Shown in pieces: positions 40,007 through 49,560 of a DNA stretch of 64,000 nt (the stretch's first letter is position 1; the number at the start of each line of letters is the position of its first letter). Under the pieces are notes generated by a model, which had not been told where the DNA came from, ran no database searches, and saw only the letters and a list, made by a program, of their open reading frames with translations. Origin of the DNA: an uncultured virus (IMG/VR IMGVR_UViG_3300008267_000250) (lineage: Duplodnaviria > Heunggongvirae > Uroviricota > Caudoviricetes); the IMG/VR virus record IMGVR_UViG_3300008267_000250, positions 1 to 64,000 of that record, one strand, 5' to 3'. The translations under genes and the position numbers were made by a program.

Positions 40007-40781
40007 TAGGGAAATTATTCAGACGGTGTCTGAATTTTGTAAACTGAACAACATTGAGGATATTGATGGTTTCATTAAGAAGTGTTTTATATCCGGTCTG
40101 AATGTTGAAAAATATGGATTATTGGGTAAGCCACTTAACGAAGGTGAAAATCACTTAAAAATGGGTGAAATAATTGAAAAAGAGGTAATAAAGGAAGTTA
40201 TTGTTGAAAAACGGGTGGAAATACCAGTTGAGGTAATAAAAGAGGTTGAAAAAATAGTTGAGGTACCAATTGAAGTTATTAAAGAGGTTATAGTTGAAAA
40301 GGAAGTACCAGTTGAAAAAGAAGTTGAGATTATAAAGGAAGTACCAGTTGAAAAAATTGTCACAAAAATTGAATATATAAGTGACAAAACAAACGAAAAT
40401 GAACTGATTGAAAAAATGTCTAAACTGGAAGAAGAACGGCAAATTTTTTCCACTAAGTTAGACGAAAAAACCAAGGAAGTACAAATTTTTTCCACTAAGA
40501 ACCAGGAAATGGAAAATTTCTTCCAAAAAGAAATAACTAAAAAGGATAAAGAATTAGATGAACTTAGACAAACTTTAGATGAACTTAGACAAACTTCAAC
40601 TGATGATAACAAATCAAAAATGTTACAACAAACAATACAAAACTTAAATTCTGAAATAAGAGAATTGAAAAAGAAAAATGAAGAACTAAATAAAAAATTG
40701 TTAGACAAACCAAAACAACTTGGTGATATTCCCGCCAGGTTCCACGGTAGTTCTAACCTAAACGATGATTTATATAAATAA
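39972..40781 (+). CDS. Hypothetical protein with VPV/EKIVE repeats and coiled coil
   Basis: EVIKEVEKIVEVP-type repeats followed by heptad repeats; ATG at 39978 is the likely start. Confidence 0.6.
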   Translation: MKMEPNYSKIFNREIIQTVSEFCKLNNIEDIDGFIKKCFISGLNVEKYGLLGKPLNEGENHLKMGEIIEKEVIKEVIVEKRVEIPVEVIKEVEKIVEVPIEVIKEVIVEKEVPVEKEVEIIKEVPVEKIVTKIEYISDKTNENELIEKMSKLEEERQIFSTKLDEKTKEVQIFSTKNQEMENFFQKEITKKDKELDELRQTLDELRQTSTDDNKSKMLQQTIQNLNSEIRELKKKNEELNKKLLDKPKQLGDIPARFHGSSNLNDDLYK

Positions 40782-40782
40782 T

Positions 40783-41133
40783 ATGGAAATTTTAGTATGG
40801 TTTATTCTTAGTTATGGGCTAATGAATATTATGGTCTACGGATCAATCTTTCAAGGATTGAGAGATTTTTTTAGAAAATGGGGTGAAAATAAATTTGCAC
40901 CATTTAACTTTTTTGGGGGGTTTATATCTGGGATTTTATCTTGTCCAATGTGTTTTTCTTTCCATGGTGGATGGTTTTTATCCCTCTTGATATACTCACC
41001 AATTAATGTTATATTTAATGCACCCGAATGGTGTTCATGGTTTTTTGATGGTATATTATCATCCGGAGCGGTTTGGGGGATTAATGCAATAATTGAGTGG
41101 TTTGAAGAAAATAGGTCTAGTAATAACAAGTAA
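40783..41133 (+). CDS. Small membrane protein (DUF1360-like, CxxC)
   Basis: Hydrophobic segments; LSCPMCFSF.GG. Confidence 0.55.
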   Translation: MEILVWFILSYGLMNIMVYGSIFQGLRDFFRKWGENKFAPFNFFGGFISGILSCPMCFSFHGGWFLSLLIYSPINVIFNAPEWCSWFFDGILSSGAVWGINAIIEWFEENRSSNNK

Positions 41134-41157
41134 TAATAACTAATAATAACTAATAAT
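41121..41157 (+). repeat. 10-nt tandem simple repeat TAATAATAAC
   Basis: TAATAACAAG TAATAATAAC TAATAATAAC TAATAAT(G), leading directly into the ATG at 41156. Confidence 0.7.
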
Positions 41158-41398
41158 GGGAAAAGCAGCTAAAGCACACAGAGCGAAAGTGGCAAAAAGA
41201 AATGTGAATTTAAAACAAACAGAAAGGAAAATTCAAAAGGCATGGCAAGACGCATTTGAGGAACAAATGACTATGATGAGAGAAAAATTTGTGACAATGT
41301 CTGGAGAAACAATGTCAGGTTTAACAGGACTATTTGAAGATGGGAAGGAAGAAGAACTACAAGAAGGATCCGAATCAACTGAATCTATTTCAGAGTAA
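41156..41398 (+). CDS. Hypothetical protein with basic N-terminus and acidic C-terminus
   Basis: 80-aa ORF, MGKAAKAHRAKVAKRN... Confidence 0.55.
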   Translation: MGKAAKAHRAKVAKRNVNLKQTERKIQKAWQDAFEEQMTMMREKFVTMSGETMSGLTGLFEDGKEEELQEGSESTESISE

Positions 41399-41420
41399 CA
41401 AAACATTTAATTACACCATA

Positions 41421-43754
41421 ATGAGTAAAGAACTAGATTTTTCAAAGTTTGAGAATCCGTATGTCCAAGTGGTATGGGAGGATTCAAACGAAAATTTCAC
41501 ACAAGATAAGATTAAAAGTGTTAAACATTATTTCCAAAAAAAATATAACACGACAAATGTCAATGTAATAACAAAGGCGAAAGTATCTAAAGAGGAAGGT
41601 GAACAAACCGTTGATGTGTCTGTAAATATTATGGACACGAACTACCAGGTTGAATTACTTAAACAATATCTCACATCCAAAAATTATGACAAGTATTTGG
41701 ATGAAATTTTAAACCATAATAAAATGGTTGAGAATAAGATGTCTGAGTCCGAAACTGAGACCGTTTTTTTTAAAAAATGGTATATCAAAAACATTGAATT
41801 TTCAAACTTCCTATCATATGGTGAGAACCAAAAACTTGATTTTGAAAAAACAAATGGACTGACCGTAGTGATGTCACAGCCTGAAAATTTTGGTGGAAAA
41901 AGTGTCCTATCACTGGATCTACCCCTATTTTTGTTCTTTAATGAAACAACCAAAACAACCAAAGCTGAGGACATTTTTAACAAGTTTACAGACAAAGATA
42001 AAGTATCGGTTAAAGGTGAAATTGTTATTGATGGTGAGGAATATATTATTGTTAGAAACATTGAACGAAAGTTATCCAAAAAGGGTGAATGGAATGTTAA
42101 AACCGAACTTGATTTCTTTAAAAAACTAGCTGACGGTACACTTCAAAACTTTACCGGTGAACAAAGGAGGGAAACAGAAAAATTCATCAAGGAATCAATC
42201 GGAACAAAGGAGGATTTCTTAATGACAATTTTAACAACCGCAACAAACCTTGAAGAATTAATTGATTCAAAACCAACAGCAAGAGGTCAGGTGTTATCTC
42301 GTTTTATGGGTCTTGATTTTTTAAGAAGGAAGGAAGAAACCGCCAAATCAATTTATTCCGATTTCTCAAAATCAATGTTATCAAACATTTATAATACCGA
42401 ACAATTAAAAACAGAAAATGAAAATAGTGAAATAAAAATCACTGAATTAAAAACCAATATTCAAACATACAAGACCGAATTAACTGAGATTGAATCCAAT
42501 ATTCAAAAAGGAAAAGATTACCGGGACTCAATGTTAAAAAAGAAACACACGGATATTGATGTTGAATTAAGTAGGTTGAATCCAAGTCAAGTTAAACAAG
42601 AAATTGAAGGACACGAATATCAAATTGAACAAACAAAATTAAAACTTAATGAACTTAATGTTGTTGAACCCAAGGAGTATTATAAAGAGGACGAACATGA
42701 CAAGGTAAAAGAACAATACAACAACGTGTTTAAAGAAAAAGTTCAACTTGATACCAAGATTACGGAAATTGAAAAATTAAAATCCGAAGTTAAGGGTGGA
42801 ATCAAATGTGAACATTGTGGTATTGAATTAATGAACGCAGCAATAACACAACAAAAAATTGCTGAACTTGATGGTTATATTAGTCAAAAAGAGGAAAAAG
42901 AGGGGTTAATGTCTGTTTTAACAGACAAAGAAAAAAGTTTTGTCCATATTAAAAGACAATTTGATGAATATGAAAAAAACAAACTGGTAAAAGAAAAACA
43001 CGAAGCGACAATTGAAAATCACCAATTGAAAATAAGTGGCTTACAGACAAAACTTACAGAATATGATAAGATGTTGGATAAGATTAAGGAGAACGAACAT
43101 ACGGAAACAATGTTAATCAAGGCCAATTTACGCTTGGAGGATCTTGAAAGACAAAAAACGCAAAAACAAAACCAGATTAATAGTGACGAGTACTCAATAA
43201 AAACAACGGAAGAAAAAATTAAAACAAACTTAAACAACATTATTAAAATTTCCGAAGAACAAGAAAAAGAAAAAATACATAAAATATATTTGGAAGCTTA
43301 TGGTAAAAACGGAATTTCCAAAATCATAATGAAAACAATGATTCCATTGATTAATGCGGAATTGCAACGTTTGATGGAAGAAAGTGCTTATTTCAAACTT
43401 CAAATTCAAATTAATGATAAAAATGAAGTTGAGTTTCTTATGATTGACAATGGAACCGGCGTTGAGAAACTTATGTCATCTGGATCTGGTTATGAACGAA
43501 CAATTGCATCACTTGCGTTGAGATCAGTATTAAGTAAAGTATGTAGTCTACCAAAACCAAATATAATGGTATACGACGAGGTTTTTGGAAAAATATCAAA
43601 TGAAAATCTGGAAATGGTTCATAGTTTTTTCCTGGGGATTAGAGATTTCTTCCCAACCATATTAATTATAAGTCACAATCCGATTGTAAATAATTGGGCG
43701 GACAACACAATTAGAATCGTAAAAGAAAATAATATATCAAAAGTTTTTCAATAA
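41421..43754 (+). CDS. sbcC: SbcC/Rad50/gp46-like ATPase
   Basis: IKNIEFSNFLSYG, Walker A NFGGKS, coiled coil with CEHC zinc hook, signature SGYE, Walker B YDEVFG, ISH. ATG at 41421 preferred (the track starts at 41334). Confidence 0.85.
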   Translation: MSKELDFSKFENPYVQVVWEDSNENFTQDKIKSVKHYFQKKYNTTNVNVITKAKVSKEEGEQTVDVSVNIMDTNYQVELLKQYLTSKNYDKYLDEILNHNKMVENKMSESETETVFFKKWYIKNIEFSNFLSYGENQKLDFEKTNGLTVVMSQPENFGGKSVLSLDLPLFLFFNETTKTTKAEDIFNKFTDKDKVSVKGEIVIDGEEYIIVRNIERKLSKKGEWNVKTELDFFKKLADGTLQNFTGEQRRETEKFIKESIGTKEDFLMTILTTATNLEELIDSKPTARGQVLSRFMGLDFLRRKEETAKSIYSDFSKSMLSNIYNTEQLKTENENSEIKITELKTNIQTYKTELTEIESNIQKGKDYRDSMLKKKHTDIDVELSRLNPSQVKQEIEGHEYQIEQTKLKLNELNVVEPKEYYKEDEHDKVKEQYNNVFKEKVQLDTKITEIEKLKSEVKGGIKCEHCGIELMNAAITQQKIAELDGYISQKEEKEGLMSVLTDKEKSFVHIKRQFDEYEKNKLVKEKHEATIENHQLKISGLQTKLTEYDKMLDKIKENEHTETMLIKANLRLEDLERQKTQKQNQINSDEYSIKTTEEKIKTNLNNIIKISEEQEKEKIHKIYLEAYGKNGISKIIMKTMIPLINAELQRLMEESAYFKLQIQINDKNEVEFLMIDNGTGVEKLMSSGSGYERTIASLALRSVLSKVCSLPKPNIMVYDEVFGKISNENLEMVHSFFLGIRDFFPTILIISHNPIVNNWADNTIRIVKENNISKVFQ

Positions 43755-43761
43755 CATAAAA

Positions 43762-46197
43762 ATGATAGTAGATAAGAGTATTACACAACTGGCTTTATCT
43801 GTAAATGAAAAAGACGTTGAAAATAGTTACAGACAATATTTGACCAAAAAAATATCAGATATGATGTTCACCTCACCATTCGGTTGTGATGGTCTTGGTG
43901 AATCAAAAAATAATAATATACGTGTTTTATGTGAATTTAAGGATGATTTGGATTTGCAAAGTAAAACTGGACAAATTAAAGTTTTGTCACAAGCCATTTA
44001 TTATATTAAAAAGTTTGAAATTTCTGGGGTAATACTACCATCAACTGTTTTTGTTGGTGATAAAAACGAATGTTTTGTTATACATACAAACGACCTTTTT
44101 AAATACTTATCAATGGATTTGGATTGGTCCATAGCACCATCAAACGCTCACAAAAATCTAATATTGATAAATGAAATGTTGGTTGATGAAAATATTAATC
44201 CACACGTTTTTAGTGTTACCAACATTGACGAGTGTGTCCAAAAACTAAAGGACTTAACTGAAGGAGTAACTAGATTAATACCAATAACACCTCACAATTT
44301 AACTGAAGTTTTTGGGTATTTTGAAAAAAACGTGTTAGCCAAAAATACTTTAAACACGAACCAATTAGCCAATCTTTTTACACAAATCCTTATCAATTCA
44401 AATGATAATTATTTACATCCTGTAAAAAAAAGAAAAACAATTGTTACTAAAGCATTTAATGAAGTACCAATAAAATCAAGGGAAGCGTTCACGTCCTTTT
44501 TTAGTCACTTCGCTAATGATTATACTCCAAAACAAAAAGAACAATTAACAGCCACTGTTGATAGATTAATTCAGGACGTTACAAGACGTAAACAAGGTGA
44601 GTTTTTCACACCAACAATATGGGTGGATAAAGCTCACGAATATATAACGTCAGTTTTTGGTGAAGATTGGAAGGAGAAATATGTGGTATGGGACCCAGCT
44701 TGGGGTACGGGTAACTTAACTAGAGATTATAAATTCAAAGAGTTATATGTATCAACTCTTAATTATTCCGACATTCAAACTGCAGAACAAATGGGGTATA
44801 ACCCAGAAGCGGTTAAGTTCCAGTTTGATTTTTTAAATGATGGTTATGAATTTTTACCAAAAGGATTAAGAGATGCTATTGAGGGTGGTCGTGATATTAT
44901 AGTTTTGATGAATCCCCCTTATGCCAGTTCGGCAAACAAATCAACAATCATAGGGGATGACAAAAAAGGTGTTTCTGAAACCACAATGTCAATACTAATG
45001 AAAAGTGAAGATTGGGGCAAATCCGTACAGAACCTTTACTCCCAATTTTTGTTTAGGTCTTTTAAGTTGAATATAAACAATAATGTAAATATTTGTATTT
45101 TTTGTCCCCCATTGTTTTTAAGTGGAGAATCCTTCAAAAAGTTTAGAAGTGAATTTATGAATATATACAAATTTACAAGTGGGTTCTTATTTTCTGCGAA
45201 TAATTTTGATGAAGTTTCAGATGGATGGGGTATCTCGTTTTCTATTTTAGAATCAAAAATAAATAATTTGAATAATGATTTTTATTGTTTTACACTCGTA
45301 GAAACTGATGAAAATTTTGATTTAAAAAATGTTGGTTATAAAAAAATTTATAATACAGATTCCAGAATACCTGCAAATGAATGGGTTAAAAAAGAAATAA
45401 AAAAAATAAAAACATTTGATGCACCACAACAAAGTAGTCCATGTGTTATAAAACAAAAAGGTTGTGGTAAAATATCAAACAATGCGTTGGGGTATTTTTT
45501 AACGAATAGTAATAATGTACAGTTTAACAGAACTGGTTGTTCATTATTTAGTAGTTGTTATAGTGGTGGTCACGGAATTTCAATAACTGAACAAAATTTT
45601 TATAAAGTGGTTAGTTTATTTACCGCTAGAAAAACAATATTAGAAACTTGGGAAACACAAAAAGACGAGTATTTAAAACCAAATGAATTAAATCAAAATT
45701 ACCAACAATATTTAAATGATAGTATAATTTATTCATTATTTTCAACATATAGTTACCAATCATCCCTCCGTCAAGTAACATATAAAGATAAGTTATGGGG
45801 TATTAAAAACGAGTTCTTTTGGATGTCAAAAGAGGAAATGATGGAGTTGGCCAATAACTCAAATTACACTGAACTATATACCGATGCAAGAACTGACAAT
45901 AACAGACACGTTTACAATTTATTATTTGGTGAAGAAAATATTTATAGTAAACTATCACCGGACGCTAAATTGATATTAGATAAAGCAACAGACTTAGTTA
46001 GAAAATCAATAACAATAAGAAGTCATTTTGCCGATGATCAAAACCATTTGAATTCCTGGGACGCGGGGTATGCTCAATTAAAATTAATTTGGAAAGAGTA
46101 TTTTGTTGAAGAATTTAAAGAATTTAGACAATTATACAAGAATTTAGAAGATAGAATGAGACCACTGGTCTATGAACTTGGATTTTTATTAAAATAA
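43762..46197 (+). CDS. Type IIG-like restriction-modification fusion (nuclease-like N-terminus + N6-adenine/N4-cytosine methyltransferase)
   Basis: NEKDVE...CDG...CEFK PD-(D/E)XK-like motif; GEFFTP, WDPAWGTGNL and NPPY methyltransferase motifs. Confidence 0.7.
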   Translation: MIVDKSITQLALSVNEKDVENSYRQYLTKKISDMMFTSPFGCDGLGESKNNNIRVLCEFKDDLDLQSKTGQIKVLSQAIYYIKKFEISGVILPSTVFVGDKNECFVIHTNDLFKYLSMDLDWSIAPSNAHKNLILINEMLVDENINPHVFSVTNIDECVQKLKDLTEGVTRLIPITPHNLTEVFGYFEKNVLAKNTLNTNQLANLFTQILINSNDNYLHPVKKRKTIVTKAFNEVPIKSREAFTSFFSHFANDYTPKQKEQLTATVDRLIQDVTRRKQGEFFTPTIWVDKAHEYITSVFGEDWKEKYVVWDPAWGTGNLTRDYKFKELYVSTLNYSDIQTAEQMGYNPEAVKFQFDFLNDGYEFLPKGLRDAIEGGRDIIVLMNPPYASSANKSTIIGDDKKGVSETTMSILMKSEDWGKSVQNLYSQFLFRSFKLNINNNVNICIFCPPLFLSGESFKKFRSEFMNIYKFTSGFLFSANNFDEVSDGWGISFSILESKINNLNNDFYCFTLVETDENFDLKNVGYKKIYNTDSRIPANEWVKKEIKKIKTFDAPQQSSPCVIKQKGCGKISNNALGYFLTNSNNVQFNRTGCSLFSSCYSGGHGISITEQNFYKVVSLFTARKTILETWETQKDEYLKPNELNQNYQQYLNDSIIYSLFSTYSYQSSLRQVTYKDKLWGIKNEFFWMSKEEMMELANNSNYTELYTDARTDNNRHVYNLLFGEENIYSKLSPDAKLILDKATDLVRKSITIRSHFADDQNHLNSWDAGYAQLKLIWKEYFVEEFKEFRQLYKNLEDRMRPLVYELGFLLK

Positions 46198-46199
46198 TG

Positions 46200-46230
46200 T
46201 TGGAGATATCAAAAATAATATATAATTTTG
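46200..46230 (+). promoter_or_regulatory. Bacteroidota-type housekeeping promoter (TTG-N20-TAATTTTG)
   Basis: TTG at 46200-46202 and TAATTTTG at 46223-46230, upstream of the ATG at 46254. Confidence 0.45.
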
Positions 46231-46253
46231 TACTATATATAAAAAAGAAGCTA

Positions 46254-46838
46254 ATGCGAAAAAAACAACCAAAAAAGGATCCCGCCTATATGTTATTTAT
46301 ATTCGGAGATTTTGATGAACATGAGAATTTGGCGGTAAACCTATCCTCACAACTTTTAACAATCGTTTCTTCACCTTTTTTGAAATACACATTCGGAGAG
46401 TACGGAGTGGTATTTCATTTTAGATCAAACGAACCGTTTGTTGATTTAAAAGAATATGTTGATATGGTGTTATCTGAAATCACCGAACAATATTTCTTGA
46501 TGGAAGTAACCAAAAATGTTGATATTTTGATGCCAAGGAAACTCAAAAAGGATTTTTTAAATATTGATGATGAAAAAACAAAAACGGAACCAAAAACCGG
46601 AAAAATTAACATTGAGGAATTAAAAGAAGAAAGAAAAAAAGATTTGAAAAATTTGTCGTTTGACTTTTTTATACCTATCTTTGACCCCAATTCAACGTTT
46701 AACACAAAAAAAGACGTTATTGAACCAACAGTGGATGAAATATTAGATAAGATAACAGAAAGAGGAATTGAATCATTAACAGAGCAAGAAAAAGAGATAT
46801 TAGACAATTATGGAAAGAGAAAAGATGGAAGACGTTAA
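46254..46838 (+). CDS. Hypothetical protein with C-terminal 'VDEILDKI...G..SLT..EK..L' (DUF6576-like) motif
   Basis: ORF 46197..46838; the start may be 46254, downstream of the predicted promoter. Confidence 0.55.
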   Translation: MRKKQPKKDPAYMLFIFGDFDEHENLAVNLSSQLLTIVSSPFLKYTFGEYGVVFHFRSNEPFVDLKEYVDMVLSEITEQYFLMEVTKNVDILMPRKLKKDFLNIDDEKTKTEPKTGKINIEELKEERKKDLKNLSFDFFIPIFDPNSTFNTKKDVIEPTVDEILDKITERGIESLTEQEKEILDNYGKRKDGRR

Positions 46839-47625
46839 GTCGTCAAACCCCCTGAATCAAGATGAAATTCAGATTTATTTAAAGGACATTAGAAAATTGA
46901 AGGTTATGACACCTGAAAGAGAAAAAGTCCTTGCCGAACGTATTGTGTCAAGTGATTGTACGCAAAGAGAGAAAGAACTTATCCAAAAAGAAATGTTGGA
47001 AGGTAACTTGAGATTTGTTATCACGGTGGCAAAACAATATCAAAATCAAGGAATTGATTTGGCCGATTTAATTGCTGAAGGGAACTTTGGTCTAATGAAA
47101 GCCATCAAAAATTTTGATTGGAATAAAAACAACCGTTTTATCTCTTATGCGGTGTGGTGGATTAAACAATCCATTTTGCAATCTTTAAATGAAAATTCAA
47201 GAACGATTAGACTCCCGGTTAATGTTGTTCAGGATATGCAAAAAGAGAAAAAACAAAATGAAAAATCAAACAAGGAATTGTCCGATAAGTTTGCTTCATT
47301 ACCCAGAATGATTGATCTTGACATGCACATCAATGAGGACGGCGACACATTAATTGACATAATCAAAAACGAAAATGTTGATTCACCAGATGAAATATTC
47401 TCAACGAAAGATATCTTAAAACAAAAAATGATAGATATTATGAATGTTCTGGATGAAAGAGAACGTATCATCATTGAGGACTATTATGGGCTTAGTGGTA
47501 CACCACGAACATTGGAGGATATTGGTTCGGATTTTGGTTTGACAAAAGAGAGAGTGCGTCAGGTAAAAGAGAAAAGTTTGAGAAAATTAAGAAATAGTAG
47601 TTCAGAATTGTTTGAATATCTATAA
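46810..47625 (+). CDS. rpoD: RNA polymerase sigma-70 factor (Bacteroidota RpoD-like, lacking region 1.1)
   Basis: YLKDI, NLRFVITVAKQYQNQG...DLIAEGN.GL.KA..FD...FISYAVWWIKQSI...RTIRLP and TLEDIG..FGLTKERVRQ. Confidence 0.9.
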   Translation: MEREKMEDVKSSNPLNQDEIQIYLKDIRKLKVMTPEREKVLAERIVSSDCTQREKELIQKEMLEGNLRFVITVAKQYQNQGIDLADLIAEGNFGLMKAIKNFDWNKNNRFISYAVWWIKQSILQSLNENSRTIRLPVNVVQDMQKEKKQNEKSNKELSDKFASLPRMIDLDMHINEDGDTLIDIIKNENVDSPDEIFSTKDILKQKMIDIMNVLDERERIIIEDYYGLSGTPRTLEDIGSDFGLTKERVRQVKEKSLRKLRNSSSELFEYL

Positions 47626-47628
47626 GAT

Positions 47629-48483
47629 ATGAATGTATTAAGTTTATTTGATGGGATTTCTTGTGGACAGATTGCACTTAACCGATTAGGTATTAAGTAT
47701 GATAAATATTATGCTTCCGAAATTGATGAATATGCGATTAAGGTAACACAACATAATTACCCAGAAACAATTCAGATTGGTGATGTTTTAAATGTAAAAG
47801 GGTCTGATTTACCAAAAATAGATTTAATGTTTGGTGGTTCACCGTGTCAAGGTTTTTCCTTTGCCGGTAAAGGATTGAATTTTGAGGACCCAAGGAGTAA
47901 ATTGTTTTTTGAGTTTGTTAGGTTACGAGATGAATTACAACCAAAATATTTCTTATTGGAAAATGTTAAGATGAAAAAGGAATCCGAAAATGTAATTACA
48001 GAACATATGGGTGTTGAGCCAGTAAGAATAAATAGTAAACTTGTTTCAGCACAAAGTAGAGAAAGGTTATATTGGACCAATATTCCAAATATCACACAAC
48101 CAGACGATAAAGGAATCTTAGTTAAAGATATTTTAGATTATTCAACAAAACACAAAACTTTATCACCAAAGGCAATACAAGCACAAATACATTATGCTAA
48201 AAATTATAAAGCTACTGGTAAAGCCCCAACATTGACTCGTGAATTAGCACATGGGTGGGGTAAAAATATCACACCAAAATGTTATGTTGAGATTAAAGCA
48301 ATAACCGGAGAAGATAGATTATTTTCACCGTTAGAATGTGAAAGGTTACAAACAGTTCCAGATGATTATACATCTATTTTATCAAACACACAAAGGTTTA
48401 ATATGTTAGGTAATGGGTGGACTGTTGATGTGATTGCACATATATTTAAAAATATGGAATATGAATGTATTGAGTCTATTTGA
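47629..48483 (+). CDS. DNA (cytosine-5) methyltransferase 1
   Basis: LSLFDG, GGSPCQGFS, LLENV, Q.RERLYW, ECERLQ and LGNGW motifs. Confidence 0.9.
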   Translation: MNVLSLFDGISCGQIALNRLGIKYDKYYASEIDEYAIKVTQHNYPETIQIGDVLNVKGSDLPKIDLMFGGSPCQGFSFAGKGLNFEDPRSKLFFEFVRLRDELQPKYFLLENVKMKKESENVITEHMGVEPVRINSKLVSAQSRERLYWTNIPNITQPDDKGILVKDILDYSTKHKTLSPKAIQAQIHYAKNYKATGKAPTLTRELAHGWGKNITPKCYVEIKAITGEDRLFSPLECERLQTVPDDYTSILSNTQRFNMLGNGWTVDVIAHIFKNMEYECIESI

Positions 48484-49387
48484 TGGATTATCTTGCGGAC
48501 AAATAGCCCTTGAACGTGCTGGTGTTGAGGTTAATAATTATTATGCTTCCGAAATTGATAAACACGCAATTAAAGTAACCCAACATAACTATCCCAACAC
48601 AATACAGTTAGGTGATGTTACACAAATAAAAGGTGAAGAATTAACCCAAATTGATTTGTTAATTGGAGGATCTCCTTGTCAGGGATTCTCATTTGCCGGA
48701 AGACAGTTAAACTTCAACGACCCAAGAAGTAAATTATTTTTTGAATTTATCAGACTAAAGAATGAGTTAAACCCAAAATATTTTTTACTTGAAAATGTTG
48801 TGATGAAACAAGAGTTCCAGGATGTTATAACGGAATATATGGGTGTTAAACCAATTAAAATAAATAGTAATTTAGTTTCGGCTCAAACAAGAGAACGTCT
48901 GTATTGGACCAACATACCAAATGTTGAACAACCAGAAGATCTTAACGTAAAACTAGAAGACATATTAGAAGACATTGGTCCAGATGGAAATTATTATGAT
49001 AGAAAAAAATTAAATAAGGCAACAATCCTTGGTCGGAGATTAAATCAACACGGTAAAAGAGATGATTATAATAAATCAATACCAATTACACAATGTTTAG
49101 AAGTAAGGGCAACAAATAGAGACAAGAGTAATTGTATCACAACTGTAGCTAAAGATAATGTATTAACAACATTACCGATTGGGAGACATAAAGATGCTTT
49201 TAAAAACAAGTTACCATTTAGATATTATACCATTAAAGAACACTGTAGATTACAAACAGTACCTGATACTTATTTTGATGGTGTTGCCAGTGAAAATCAA
49301 ATAAGAAAAATGATTGGTAACGGATGGACCGTTGATGTTATATCTCATATTTTTAAAAGTATTTATCAAGAAAGTTTGGTAAATTAG
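48461..49387 (+). CDS. DNA (cytosine-5) methyltransferase 2 (paralog with a different target-recognition region)
   Basis: ATG at 48461 gives MNVLSLFDG, as in the upstream paralog; same catalytic motifs. Confidence 0.9.
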   Translation: MNVLSLFDGLSCGQIALERAGVEVNNYYASEIDKHAIKVTQHNYPNTIQLGDVTQIKGEELTQIDLLIGGSPCQGFSFAGRQLNFNDPRSKLFFEFIRLKNELNPKYFLLENVVMKQEFQDVITEYMGVKPIKINSNLVSAQTRERLYWTNIPNVEQPEDLNVKLEDILEDIGPDGNYYDRKKLNKATILGRRLNQHGKRDDYNKSIPITQCLEVRATNRDKSNCITTVAKDNVLTTLPIGRHKDAFKNKLPFRYYTIKEHCRLQTVPDTYFDGVASENQIRKMIGNGWTVDVISHIFKSIYQESLVN

Positions 49388-49407
49388 AAAAAAACAACAT
49401 ATCTTTG
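49375..49407 (+). promoter_or_regulatory. Bacteroidota-type promoter TTTG-N21-TATCTTTG
   Basis: TTTG at 49375-49378 and TATCTTTG at 49400-49407 match the -33/-7 consensus. Confidence 0.65.
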
Positions 49408-49411
49408 TATT

Positions 49412-49560
49412 GTTAATCTGATTAACGAATGGGTTGAACCGAGATTACCCATACAACTCGGCGGAATGTGACACGAGGATCTCAAGGTGAAATTCCTCAA
49501 TCTTGTCTATATGACATGATGAAACTACACTACCCCCATTTATTTAAGTGGGGGTTTTTC
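49412..49560 (+). ncRNA. Candidate small ncRNA of about 150 nt: 5' hairpin, two H-type pseudoknots, terminator
   Basis: GC-richer, ORF-free interval between a consensus promoter and an intrinsic terminator, with interleaved complementary stems (see findings). Confidence 0.6.

Noticed and set aside
40151..40708. Long minus-strand ORFs opposite charged genes (also 46415-46807 and 53468-53941)
   Set aside because: They are Ser/Phe/Ile-rich antisense shadows of Glu/Lys-rich plus-strand genes.
49412..49560. tRNA, tmRNA or 6S RNA identity for the structured intergenic region
   Set aside because: There is no cloverleaf, T-loop or CCA end, it is too short for tmRNA, and no long end-to-end rod typical of 6S is evident by eye.
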